A stretch of 42,802 nucleotides of DNA from a virus. Lineage: Duplodnaviria > Caudoviricetes. Shown piece by piece: positions 33,501 to 39,305 of the stretch. The stretch is taken from positions 1 to 42,802 of IMG/VR virus record IMGVR_UViG_3300046804_003963; one strand, 5' to 3'. The notes beneath the pieces are model-generated. The model worked only from the letters and a program-made list of their open reading frames with translations. It had not been told where the DNA came from and ran no database searches. Within the stretch, counting starts at the first letter, position 1, and each line of letters starts with the position of its first letter. The position numbers were made by a program, and so were the translations under genes.

Positions 33501-34647
33501 CAATGTAACTAAAAGCAAATTTTTCTTCAATCAAATCTAGTCCATAATCCAAAGACTTAGTTACATTTGTAACTCCTGTGAATTGATTGACAGTTTTTCC
33601 TGTATAATTTAATGTTATAAAATCAGAATTTTTGGGTTTTACCAAAAGAGATCCAGAATTAGCAAATCCAACAGTAGAATCAACTAGAATATTATTTGCA
33701 TTTATTGCAACGCTTTCCAATATTCTAGTTTTACCAGATACTTGAAAATTTCCAGTAAATGAAGTACTATCTAAAGAAATTTCATAAAAATTTTTATTTG
33801 TTACTGGCCTGTACTCAACATTAAAAATTGAAGCGCTAACAGTGCCAACTCCAACTATATTTTGGAATAAAAAATTACCTTTTATTTCTATTGGATTACC
33901 GCCAGAAATTTTTTCTACTAAAATATTTTTAGTTATAAAATATGAATTTGAAGATGGAACAAGAGTAAACTCTTGTGGTTTTATAATCTCAATATCCGAT
34001 CCATATAAAATTTTAAATAATAATTTATATGATTGGTCCGTACCTTTAGAAGAGTATAAATCTTTAATTTTATATGATATATTTTCTATAGATATATTTT
34101 CATAAAAATCCCTTGATTCAAATCCTGGAACAAACTCATATTTAAATTTTTCAAAAAATTCTATTAAAAATAAATTACTTAAATTATTAACTACATCGCC
34201 ATCAGAATGTTCAGAAGCTTGTGAAGAAGAAAATATAGCAAACTCTGGATTATCAAGAGATTTTAAATTTTCAATTCCACTAAATCCCCTAATACAATTT
34301 TCAAATGTAGTGTTAGTTTTTGAAGTGTATGTAATAATCTCATCATTTATTTTCAATAGTCCATAAGAATCTGGCCATCCCTTAGTAGATGTTACCTCTA
34401 TTGTTTCATCAAAACTTAAAAGATCAGAAGTTAAAGTAGTTTTTTCAATTAAATCAATATTATTAAATTTTTTACTATTTTTATACTTAGTAATATTTGA
34501 AATAATATCAATAGGTCCAGATTGATTTTCTAGAGATTTATAATACTGTTCAAGAAACTCCACAAGAAGAGGAGATTCAATTGTTAAAAATTCTGGAATT
34601 TGCGATTCTAAGATAGAACCAATTTTTACTCTTTTAATTTCTGACAT
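21541..34647 (-). CDS. gp7: Baseplate wedge initiator gp7, greatly expanded (4368 aa)
   Basis: N-terminal SQIPEF..FLEQYY and IKDLYSSKGTDQSYKLLFKILYG, plus internal RISDNFYYQKFSYSIK...VHPSGF gp7 motifs; located between gp6 and gp8. Confidence 0.88.
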   Translation of the reverse strand: MSEIKRVKIGSILESQIPEFLTIESPLLVEFLEQYYKSLENQSGPIDIISNITKYKNSKKFNNIDLIEKTTLTSDLLSFDETIEVTSTKGWPDSYGLLKINDEIITYTSKTNTTFENCIRGFSGIENLKSLDNPEFAIFSSSQASEHSDGDVVNNLSNLFLIEFFEKFKYEFVPGFESRDFYENISIENISYKIKDLYSSKGTDQSYKLLFKILYGSDIEIIKPQEFTLVPSSNSYFITKNILVEKISGGNPIEIKGNFLFQNIVGVGTVSASIFNVEYRPVTNKNFYEISLDSTSFTGNFQVSGKTRILESVAINANNILVDSTVGFANSGSLLVKPKNSDFITLNYTGKTVNQFTGVTNVTKSLDYGLDLIEEKFAFSYIGVGNTSKVEFRVVNVIDNIDFSKTSNLRVGDSISLSGFGKDLFDRFEFNSWMYNLPTNHNIKTISQIDSTKYRITLFDKVYFYAGETILLEDSAGNVRECNIIDVEYDTSDIIKKYTRKILVQIINPGTYVVLNSILVKKKIYKVKHYNDHFPDLDSIPSGVQNTYMDSDEKYFYVTSSGLPNYPMFSTENKKVASTNVGVAITDTLNVPNHDHLSGELIYYQPVTSVGILTGLYYITKVDNNKVKLSYSKSDIFSKKYVTITSPVTDDIIYKAGYQNKTLKHQKLLKKIPLKGTKLLFDDLNKRTTFNREIGMLINGVEILSPTLFDENIYYGAISSIEVTNSGKDYDVIDVPPIELKDETGIGVKAHVNIVGSVKEVKILNAGYGYQEKPKITITGGNGKGCILESNFVSSQVSAGFKADLNVSPADNTIQFLNKTPFEDGEEVIYDSNKNNNILGIVNSSTYFVGILTDNKVKLFNTKTDALQKINEIDIVGVSSGFHFITTLKNKNTFTKIYVKNPGEGYSNRNVRVSSLLSADNKTCGINTFDSYVFAKKHGFLDGEYVKYSYTDTPVSGLSTSIYYKVKLIDDNKFRLYDCGVSTNLSDENYIKNKFVKLDSLGIGTHIIGYPPIEINVEAKSAIGSTTIISPELKPIVLGPIQDVYLEDGGVSYGCTNIINYHRRPNIGISSITSEAILKPIIIDGSIVDVQIIGRGNGFRKNSEIVVSGDGDYAQIEPIVENGKLTSVNIVFGGIGYKPSNTILTLKNRGENAKFLANVTEWKINQVSKSKNIISQQDDGILHVSKNPDLGLQFISFYVPKILRYQLSDNFTEDNKESTGTLNHSPILGYAYDGNPIYGPYAYDTTTGGFIRRMNSSYVLNVDTTSGKRPPAFDPGFFIDDYVYDGSGDLDIHNGRFAITPEYPNGVYAYFSTVEVNASNQSVPKYPYLVGPYFYNKPITENFLPAFNQDFNIFGTNLTRNVGPYYLNRANSYYDLLDKVKEEYKQEFSVTSINSSKIDDVVIFSPGDNYKVNDPVDIDVSGTDGIQPNIVVSELKGVDVESFSITESLIEDLEYYIKLPDTIVTASAPHGIKNEQPILINGISTITSSLFQGIQYVKVDDKESQLEENIDTVSVTGISTFIKLKDISGFKVNDFIGIGTEILLITNIDSKRSGFYVNRLQNTGIHTAGIDNVVLLPREFKIPTGTVKDLTLQNYTTFFDPRFSIGIGSTGSFRTVVGFGTTSFTTRFIPAKSIYLPGHKFYTGQPLIYNSGSGFAGTSLYVNNVGSGLSIKLEDNQIVWAVNLGKDYVGLSTIGFTSSIGIGTNNNCLEFWNQEKSYGVIGAAHSLTTLNPKITSSLQKTLGIVTTTSNHNLKVGDSIKFNIKTDYNEVVKVIFDPVNRKVLMREITFLDTDVSIANDSIDLSSYDGNIETGDKVVYISENTIGGLYNYGIYYVLKTDFNAIKLCQYRTDIKESKFINFNSVGGTNHKLYFVNPQISCIRTTKIEFDVSDPSLTNLDLQFYYDVKFIEKINERTGFFVSRTGIPGNADSKVVLDLSAQFFPIYYNLFPRGSSEESKKQISTDFDVLSNNKISIVNHRLNDTFTVETVTDKTFTFYNTKKLSFIEKQILKQNETSFSYKTTSTNALGPVSKLKINFAGRGYNKLPKVRGIKSDLGTNAIVKLVSPNVGRVETFTRIKDGFDYPTDPTLSPSLSVPSVIGVKDIRTIDYIGVTTGGRRYNTAPKLIVKNDTDGIELDAVVSGGSVTSVNIIKNSTSLSGPLDIVPIYNSNGYEIDSISINGNYITLELSNIPSVNPFISVGFGQTDYIYPFKIGDKIFIENCRLTSSTSDDANFNSSSYNYQFFDVIGVSTANNTVTYDMTGISTGSFGMYDGDLNLGVVINKNDMAVFEMILKDDVNFLSNETVNSPLFSGSIMENGWDGKLNQMRLKNISGTINVGAKIYGEISKIKGTVEYFDTFNLYSTLGVSRDKTSSIDYSSGILNEYSQRISDNFYYQKFSYSIKGNIPYNIWRESVRSIVHPSGFKEFSDLEIITKPTINEVNIGIARSLDMKPKLASNSSFTFINVDQVSSIGVKKNFTRVYEEETASDGSTQNIFLDEGINLAPYILNKTNKVIDIDDISSQFNGTSLQIKSQRRTDGSYLLGLNREFIKEEVVGFITAIYPGINTSPTWNRSTFKNEVGYVVDAISHDVRYSSNNKSIDVGLDYWSGLGTSYLSGISTETILGFNYILDLSKYIINNVGVITSYQLGNSIAISTSVYNRISGVTTITTSTAHGLSTTTTNYVVLKNLSFSFNPGSGVTTAIFPNSILTTGPLTPETFVYKVEVIDSNRFRVNPGPSTISYNYVTGGTIQRAFISTSQTIDYTVPIDIDCSTSYNKNCYADVYVAIGTCVGIITSIVGLGTTSGPNVVIYPSLTRGGSVVGLTTFKLKNKGTSLFKHAFTGSSIDSITDTFTIINHNFQSGQELIYSNSNGNPIGIATTSYVTSSLDTLISVQNFDGTAVLENGYSVSISTTITGISTVLSPVGPISKSYLQSVGLTTTGTGAEFTVFITYSPTTGDALSTSILPTKGGMDYVVGQTVSIAGTYIGGVSPTNDLTFTISKTGPTVIQSESDQTYLEVPSNDLNGATFNVSRDSSGAINSVSVLNGGTGYSSTSIISIAGTYIGGTTSSDDLIFTPLELGTQVLPDSVFVYKLNDNQFKLSGLSTSIFLDITNVGTGTHYLEYKNPNSSVVITIDGIIQKPISRKSLDVSLASSVSSASTTIIDISSGISSLSIRDIINIDNELVSITNIGITSSNQIEVIRGYFGTVATSHTIGSAATVLNGSFDIKGDVIYFDIAPYGKIGPVGLETGSIFGGRAFSRKFDPNTPNDKNILFDDISLSFTGIAATEFTLKSEGQTTDAIFNNVNSATYINNNPIVLINNVFQDPTNDYTVDGPSTNVIKFLSGIPKAGKISKVGVSTSYGYIPRIGAAATAVISATGTISSIRVSGGGSGYRGSPTVSIASTIGTGASITAIVSAAGTISGFMIVNSGVGYTRTSIPQVVIGIPTGYSNLPLAYTGGTSGVGQGAKLTVEVGMGSSIISYKFDEPGIGYKIGDKLTPVGIGTTGLFNQFVLTVEEVQTDTFSGFYPGQFIRFEDISPLFNGFRKKFTLATNVNGIREVIGLKVPPGTDLNLSNNIFIYINDILQVPKTAYTFSGSRVVFTEAPKKGSKCVVLYYRGSSVDVELVDPPKTLKTGDIISIQENPEDPFDISQFDRVVKKITAADQFETFNYYSVGIITDPTKVRPLTWEKQKSDTVISGTLYSKSRPGYQSKIKPISTVIKKIGPTDNAIYVDNVYPLFSDIDNLSEDIRDVLILENRTIQPCIGQAVVSASSTISSISIIDPGVGYAKTLAPKVIISESYIQRKDPIFNWTAGVGIGSTTYDFKAIKYKDKFIAVGSSSILATSPDGINWQVDTVGFGNTSDFNSIEIVGAGSTNLLLSVGSSGKIIKATDYGIGISTWTQISLEEEFTVIGLGAVSRVSSGYTGTFNEIVYSDVVDTYVAVGAGGSIFVGPGIGTTSFVSRYSETLSSLNSVVFGAEYFVAVGNDGIIRTSNDGTIWDFTVSPVNVNLNKVIYVNGSFIVGGDDGVILKSINRDNYQIISNNLGLKNIQNIYYNYGFYVILTSIGELYYSFDLSDWNYRSTLQSKSINDLSFVDTLGSDGRYIAIGSGSTAIYAEPIKNKATAVANVNSGTVTSIQIVNPGFGYDTSKLPPVLVEPDKFSTEIVKSIKVKGDHGIIIGITTYLSGTAGIGTTSPKISFILKSEEYDNSTLGIGYSSLNVFGITNSQLSKGDYFVITDSNVEIGGDLVGITTLLGGMSNYPNSKVGIAKSFLDGVYIVEDVTTPSLGIVTVTCNFAPMVDNYVKVYGRGSNNTGIGTNNYYGRYSWGKIYDYQNRVLGNPQIFEVFNDNGISGISSSPKILRTRDIISK

Positions 34648-34648
34648 T

Positions 34649-36523
34649 TTATCTTGTGTACTTTCCGTTTAAATAACTTGATGTAGTTACATATTGTGTT
34701 GCAGAAGAATTTTCACCAGAACTAACAACATCTTCTATAATATTTACCACACAATTTTTTACATCTAATTGCAAATACAAATCTTTAAGTCCAATAATAT
34801 CATTTGATTCTGGAATTGCTTGTACTTCAATAAGTCCATTATTTAGAATTGCAGACTTTATCTTTACAACATCAAGTCTAATTTCACCTTTAATATAATC
34901 AATAGTTCCTGCATTATTTTTTATTATTACCGGTAAATTATTTTCCAATTTAAAGAAATTAATAAATCCTGTATTTTTATTTGTTTTTGATGGAACATCT
35001 GACATATAAACAACATCGGACACCCCATCAATTAAAAATCCCGTAGATTTTACGGAATATCCTCCTTCTTTAGAATGTATTTTATTTCCAAAACAAAGTT
35101 CATAAGTTGCAAAAGTTTCTATTTCGGGATTCAAATCTCTTCTCATTTTAACTTTTGTTATATTAGAAGTAATTGATTTGTCACAATCATCTATAAGTCC
35201 AACTATTTTACTATATTTAAATCTACCACCAAAGCTATTAACATCTTTAGAATTTGAATAAGATGTTAAAGTATCAATTACTTTTGTTTTTGCTATTTCT
35301 GGATTACTCAATAAATTTACATTGTAGTAAACAGAAGAATCCAATTCAACATAGAGATAAGACAAATCAATAATTTCTGGTTTAATTCCGGCTATTGAAT
35401 ATTTTTTAATTGTATTTAATATAGTCTGTTTGGTAATTTCCGATAAAAAAGTTCCGTTTCTTGGTTTTATGGATATAAAAACTTTCCCATATTCTGGTGG
35501 ATCCAATTCATCTCCACCATAAGCATTTACTGATTCAACATTTGAATAAACATATGGAATAAGTGATTTATAGTCATTAGAAGTTACAGCACGATATTGT
35601 GAAGCATAAACTTTTGGAGAAAAATATTTAATAGAATCTATAGATTCGATCTCATCACCACTCTCAGATTTTGATTGAGTTGTCAACAAAGAAATTCCGG
35701 TTGTAACATCAAATAAATTATTGTCCTTTATTCTACCAGAAAATGTAAAGTTTGCAGCACCATTACCTGAAGATCCATTTGTAACAATATAACTCACTTC
35801 TATTTTACTTCCATTAGATGGTTTTTTTCCTATAATATCATCGCCAAATCTTATTTCATATTTTGCATCATCTACTTCTTGAATTAAAAATAATCTTGAA
35901 TCTTTTCCAACATTTAAAAGATTGTCATATGCTGAATATATTTCAGTTACAGCATTAGTAACTTTAACTCTAATTGAAGTTGTGTCAATATTAATATTTG
36001 GTAAAACAAACCTCTGATTAGATTGAGATTGGTCTACAGTAAAAGTGGTTGTTAAATATATTCCTTCATAAATTGGCAAATTATCAAAAATAGCTATTCC
36101 GTCACTATTAACGGGGACTGAAATATCTTCTGGAATAGAAAAAATATAATTACCATTAACTACTGCACCAAGAGCAACTTGACCGGCTAGTAATTTTACA
36201 GTTCTAGCATCAGTTTGACTCATATCAACTGTAAAACTTACATTTGCTCTTGCAGATCTTCTAGATCTGGGCAAATATCCTATGTTTCTAGCAAGTGAAA
36301 CAACATTTTCTCTCAAAGTTGCACTTTCTAAAAACATTTCATTAACTGCCATATTTGTATTATAAGCAGTTATATAACTATTATATGCTAATAAATCTAT
36401 TAACACTGAAAAATTTGATCCCTCAAAATCAAAGTCTGTAAAATTTTTATTTGCACGTAAATAATCTTTGATCTGAGTTCTTAGATCACTGAAGTCTAAA
36501 TTTGTAAATTGATTGAATGACAT
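34649..36523 (-). CDS. gp6: Baseplate wedge protein gp6
   Basis: FTDFDFEGSNFSVLIDLLAYN, ESATLRENVVSLARNIGY and QYRAVTSNDY...GKVFISIKP motifs. Confidence 0.95.
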   Translation of the reverse strand: MSFNQFTNLDFSDLRTQIKDYLRANKNFTDFDFEGSNFSVLIDLLAYNSYITAYNTNMAVNEMFLESATLRENVVSLARNIGYLPRSRRSARANVSFTVDMSQTDARTVKLLAGQVALGAVVNGNYIFSIPEDISVPVNSDGIAIFDNLPIYEGIYLTTTFTVDQSQSNQRFVLPNINIDTTSIRVKVTNAVTEIYSAYDNLLNVGKDSRLFLIQEVDDAKYEIRFGDDIIGKKPSNGSKIEVSYIVTNGSSGNGAANFTFSGRIKDNNLFDVTTGISLLTTQSKSESGDEIESIDSIKYFSPKVYASQYRAVTSNDYKSLIPYVYSNVESVNAYGGDELDPPEYGKVFISIKPRNGTFLSEITKQTILNTIKKYSIAGIKPEIIDLSYLYVELDSSVYYNVNLLSNPEIAKTKVIDTLTSYSNSKDVNSFGGRFKYSKIVGLIDDCDKSITSNITKVKMRRDLNPEIETFATYELCFGNKIHSKEGGYSVKSTGFLIDGVSDVVYMSDVPSKTNKNTGFINFFKLENNLPVIIKNNAGTIDYIKGEIRLDVVKIKSAILNNGLIEVQAIPESNDIIGLKDLYLQLDVKNCVVNIIEDVVSSGENSSATQYVTTSSYLNGKYTR

Positions 36524-36921
36524 TAGACTCTAGTAGGTTGCAGTACAAACTCTATTGTTTGAGTTGGAAAAGGTAATCCGAGTATATCATATGCAATTCT
36601 AACATTAATTTCATTGGACTCTGGTGGATATGTCACTAAAATAGAAGTTAAAGAAATTCTTGTTTCAAAATTTTTTAAAAGAGTCCTAATATCCAACTCA
36701 AGAGAATAAGCTAACTCTGGAGTTTGCAATTCAAACATAGAATTTTCAACTTTAGATCCTAACAAAGAATTAAAAAATCTTTCGCCCACTCTAGTCCTAA
36801 CCAAATTAATAACAGATTTTTTAATAGCATCAGCATCATTAATTGTTAGAATATCATTAGTTACAGGATTTCTCACAAATGATAAACTAATATCTTTAAA
36901 TTTGCGAGAAATCCTAGTCAT
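36523..36921 (-). CDS. gp25: Baseplate wedge subunit gp25
   Basis: FKDISLSF..NPVTND, AIKKSVINLVRTRVGERFF and FETRI motifs; TAATG overlap with gp6. Confidence 0.92.
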   Translation of the reverse strand: MTRISRKFKDISLSFVRNPVTNDILTINDADAIKKSVINLVRTRVGERFFNSLLGSKVENSMFELQTPELAYSLELDIRTLLKNFETRISLTSILVTYPPESNEINVRIAYDILGLPFPTQTIEFVLQPTRV

Positions 36922-36936
36922 TACTCAAACTAAGGT

Positions 36937-36944
36937 TATTTATT
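36937..36944 (-). promoter_or_regulatory. Late promoter (AATAAATA) for the gp25-gp6-gp7 operon
   Basis: One mismatch to consensus, ~16 bp upstream of the gp25 ATG. Confidence 0.7.
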
Positions 36945-36961
36945 AATATGTATAAGACCTT

Positions 36962-37201
36962 TTACCATTTTTTACCATAGGTTGGTTCAGTTCCATATGA
37001 CCAATCATCGTAATCTTCATCATTACGAATTTTTTCGTGAAGATCTGTTTGCCTCTTCAAGTCATGTTTAGGTGCAATGTCATGCATGACTTCTTGAATG
37101 ATCCTTGTAGACGGTGTGGCACCATAATCTGTGATCAATTTGGATGTGCCCCACATCTGTCTCATATAATCTGCATTGCGATCCACTGGTAAATTTGACA
37201 T
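36962..37201 (-). CDS. Hypothetical protein (79 aa)
   Basis: ATG 37201 has an AGGAG Shine-Dalgarno and reads MSNLPVDRNADYMRQMWGT...HEKIRNDEDYDDWSYGTEP. Confidence 0.75.
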   Translation of the reverse strand: MSNLPVDRNADYMRQMWGTSKLITDYGATPSTRIIQEVMHDIAPKHDLKRQTDLHEKIRNDEDYDDWSYGTEPTYGKKW

Positions 37202-37204
37202 TTT

Positions 37205-37269
37205 TAGCTCCTGATTGTAAAAATCAGAACTTTTTACGGGGTTGCTATCCCGAAATGTCAGCAACATTT
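37205..37269 (-). promoter_or_regulatory. Structured 5' leader with a Shine-Dalgarno-sequestering hairpin
   Basis: Minus-strand hairpins AAATGT/ACATTT, CGGG/CCCG and TTCTGATT/AATCAGGA; the last covers the Shine-Dalgarno. Confidence 0.5.
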
Positions 37270-37276
37270 ATTTTTA

Positions 37277-37741
37277 TCAATCTTCTGTAAGTTTTTCTAA
37301 GAGTTCTATGTCATCTCCAAGAATTTCTTTTAAATATTCTTCAGACCAGTAAGTATAGTTTTCAGTTTCCATCAATTTTTTACGAATTTTACTTAATTTT
37401 TTCTTTGATTGACACAAAATTAAGTTATATTTTTGATTATTTGTTTGTATTCCGTTTATAGGGATGTCTTTAGAAGATAAATCTTTAAAAAATTTGTAAT
37501 ATTGAAACTTTTCATTGTAATGTGAGACCCATTTTTGTATTTGATTAGGCCTCCAAAACTCTTCAATAATAAAAATGATGACATCATATCCTGGTTCAGG
37601 TACAATGTCATCAATGGTAGTTTCTACAATTAAAGTTTTTGAAGTTGAAGCATAAGGGCAGACCGCAAATCCACCCAATTCAAGTCTATTTTTAGATACT
37701 TCTTGTATCCATTTACGAATATATGCTTCTTTTTCGGACAT
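37277..37741 (-). CDS. Hypothetical protein (154 aa) with a CPYA motif (DUF1415-like N-terminus)
   Basis: Full ORF; IRKWI...LGGFAVCPYA resembles the W...LCPFA motif of DUF1415. Confidence 0.65.
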   Translation of the reverse strand: MSEKEAYIRKWIQEVSKNRLELGGFAVCPYASTSKTLIVETTIDDIVPEPGYDVIIFIIEEFWRPNQIQKWVSHYNEKFQYYKFFKDLSSKDIPINGIQTNNQKYNLILCQSKKKLSKIRKKLMETENYTYWSEEYLKEILGDDIELLEKLTED

Positions 37742-37744
37742 AAA

Positions 37745-37885
37745 TCACCCAGCAGCTAAAGGAGATGCAGGATTTGAACCGGGAACACCAAGCTCAACAG
37801 GAGGTTGAGCAGTGTCGTAAGAAAATACTTGAGGCTCAGAAGTAGGAGTTTCTTCTACAGGAGGTGTTAAAGTTTCTTCTTCCAT
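37745..37885 (-). CDS. Small acidic Pro-rich protein (46 aa; below the ORF-track cutoff)
   Basis: MEEETLTPPVEETPTSEPQVFSYDTAQPPVELGVPGSNPASPLAAG* fills the gap and is preceded by CTAAATA. Confidence 0.65.
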   Translation of the reverse strand: MEEETLTPPVEETPTSEPQVFSYDTAQPPVELGVPGSNPASPLAAG

Positions 37886-37913
37886 AATTGATAAAATTTT
37901 TATACAACTGTTG

Positions 37914-37920
37914 TATTTAG
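37914..37920 (-). promoter_or_regulatory. Late promoter variant (CTAAATA)
   Basis: Intergenic TAAATA core ~29 bp upstream of ATG 37885. Confidence 0.5.
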
Positions 37921-37927
37921 AATTAAA

Positions 37928-38038
37928 TTACTTAGACTTTTTTCCTTTGTTAGCTTTCGCTTGTGTATGATATCCCTTGAATCTTTTATCTTGTCTGCAA
38001 AGATTGCCTTCTCTTACTGTTCTTTGAGTTTTACTCAT
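37928..38038 (-). CDS. Small basic protein (36 aa)
   Basis: MSKTQRTVREGNLCRQDKRFKGYHTQAKANKGKKSK*; ATGA overlap with the upstream gene. Confidence 0.6.
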   Translation of the reverse strand: MSKTQRTVREGNLCRQDKRFKGYHTQAKANKGKKSK

Positions 38039-38187
38039 TTTCCTTGTCCTCTATATGGTTTACGAGCGTTATTTCGACTCGTTGAAGCATACTTAGTACC
38101 ATTTCCCTTTCCTTGACGAGTCAATTTTGGTTTTCCGGGAATATAACCAATACTTTTATTTAATCCACCTTTTGCTTTTACTGCCAT
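38035..38187 (-). CDS. Small basic protein ending YRGQGK (50 aa)
   Basis: MAVKAKGGLNKSIGYIPGKPKLTRQGKGNGTKYASTSRNNARKPYRGQGK* with GAGG upstream. I recognise the C-terminal motif from small phage proteins. Confidence 0.75.
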   Translation of the reverse strand: MAVKAKGGLNKSIGYIPGKPKLTRQGKGNGTKYASTSRNNARKPYRGQGK

Positions 38188-38218
38188 TTTTCTAATACCT
38201 CACATATGGTTTATTTTG

Positions 38219-38249
38219 CGCGCCGAAATTGATTTTCAAACGCGCCGAA
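38219..38249. repeat. 9-bp direct repeat CGCGCCGAA x2
   Basis: Copies at 38219-38227 and 38241-38249 in an AT-rich intergenic gap. Confidence 0.7.
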
Positions 38250-38280
38250 CATCAGTTTCTAGGAGTTGTAAGACTCAATA

Positions 38281-39036
38281 TCAGATAATACGAGTCTTTT
38301 CATGTCCTACGCGAATCTTAGGATCACACCAGATCTCAAAACCGGCTTCTTTTGCGTCAAGACAGAACGATACATCTTCACCGCACATATCTTGAACTTC
38401 TCCAGAATCGAAGACTTGCATCTTAGGAGCAAACCAGGGGTACTCCAGAGACTCAAAGACACCCTTCTTGATCAGAACCCAACCAAAACCAGTATAGTCC
38501 ACAGTAAACGGTTTACGACGCTTCTGCATGGTCTCACCAGTCTCATGATTCATGACTCCACCATTATTCTTAAAGTCATCTTCTTCAAGCCAATGAGCGA
38601 CAGAAGTGGTATGACCATCTTCAGTCATATACCAACCAGCAGCAATGTCTCTATCCATTTGTACTAGACGATAGAATTTTTCGGTATCAAAGACAATATC
38701 ATTATCAATCCAGAGTTGGTAATCATACTGCAATTTACCATCCCAAGGTACTTGTTTTGGTCCACGCAAAACATTTGCACCAAGACACTTGCATCGTGCA
38801 AAGTTTACCATTGAACTATAATCTTGAGAGATTTGAATACTTGCACCCGCCTGAACTAAATCAAAGCAAAGTTGTACAAATGACTTCAAGAACAAGTAGG
38901 AACAACCTCTACCAGGAAGACAAAATACGATAGATTTGCCGCGAATCATTTCTCTCGCAACATTAATATCAAAATCATCCTCACTCTTTTTTGAAGGAGT
39001 TGGAGCGTTAGCTTTAATTGTAAATCCTTTAGACAT
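38281..39036 (-). CDS. GT-A fold (GT2-like) glycosyltransferase
   Basis: DxD motif in YDYQLWIDNDIVF, then TGFGWVLIKKGVFE, GEDVSFC and the terminal VGH, typical of GT-A. Confidence 0.75.
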   Translation of the reverse strand: MSKGFTIKANAPTPSKKSEDDFDINVAREMIRGKSIVFCLPGRGCSYLFLKSFVQLCFDLVQAGASIQISQDYSSMVNFARCKCLGANVLRGPKQVPWDGKLQYDYQLWIDNDIVFDTEKFYRLVQMDRDIAAGWYMTEDGHTTSVAHWLEEDDFKNNGGVMNHETGETMQKRRKPFTVDYTGFGWVLIKKGVFESLEYPWFAPKMQVFDSGEVQDMCGEDVSFCLDAKEAGFEIWCDPKIRVGHEKTRII

Positions 39037-39099
39037 AAAATTAGAATTGCAACATTAACATTCTACCACCACAAGTCAATTTATGCAATGGTGTTGATT

Positions 39100-39106
39100 T
39101 ATTTAG
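39100..39106 (-). promoter_or_regulatory. Late promoter variant (CTAAATA) for the glycosyltransferase
   Basis: TAAATA core in the intergenic gap ~64 bp upstream of ATG 39036. Confidence 0.5.
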
Positions 39107-39113
39107 AAGAGAA

Positions 39114-39263
39114 TCAAATGCATTCTTCTTCAACTTTAGCCAGTAAATCCTCAATTTCATTTTTCAAAGACTCATTAATAACAAGAATTTTATCAGTGTC
39201 CAATCGATGTTGAATACAATCAATCAGTAGATCTTTTTCTTGATAATTTAACTTAAGTTCCAT
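39114..39263 (-). CDS. Small hypothetical helical protein (49 aa)
   Basis: MELKLNYQEKDLLIDCIQHRLDTDKILVINESLKNEIEDLLAKVEEECI* fills the gap and is co-oriented with its neighbours. Confidence 0.6.
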   Translation of the reverse strand: MELKLNYQEKDLLIDCIQHRLDTDKILVINESLKNEIEDLLAKVEEECI

Positions 39264-39305
39264 ATATCTTTTGTGTTCATTTCAAACATTATATATGATT
39301 TTTAA

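Noticed and set aside
1706-34105. Many short plus-strand and off-frame ORFs (e.g. 2083-2340, 10510-10902, 14169-16413, 22544-34105)
   Set aside because: Shadow ORFs lying within long, well-supported minus-strand genes, with no recognisable motifs.
21541-34647. Intein or intron explaining the size of gp7
   Set aside because: I saw no splice-junction or LAGLIDADG/HNH motifs; the length is explained by repeated structural domains.
37765-37785. GGTTCAAATCC resembling a tRNA T-loop (minus strand)
   Set aside because: The T-stem does not pair (CCCGG vs CCTGC), no cloverleaf forms, and it encodes PGSNP in the 46-aa ORF.
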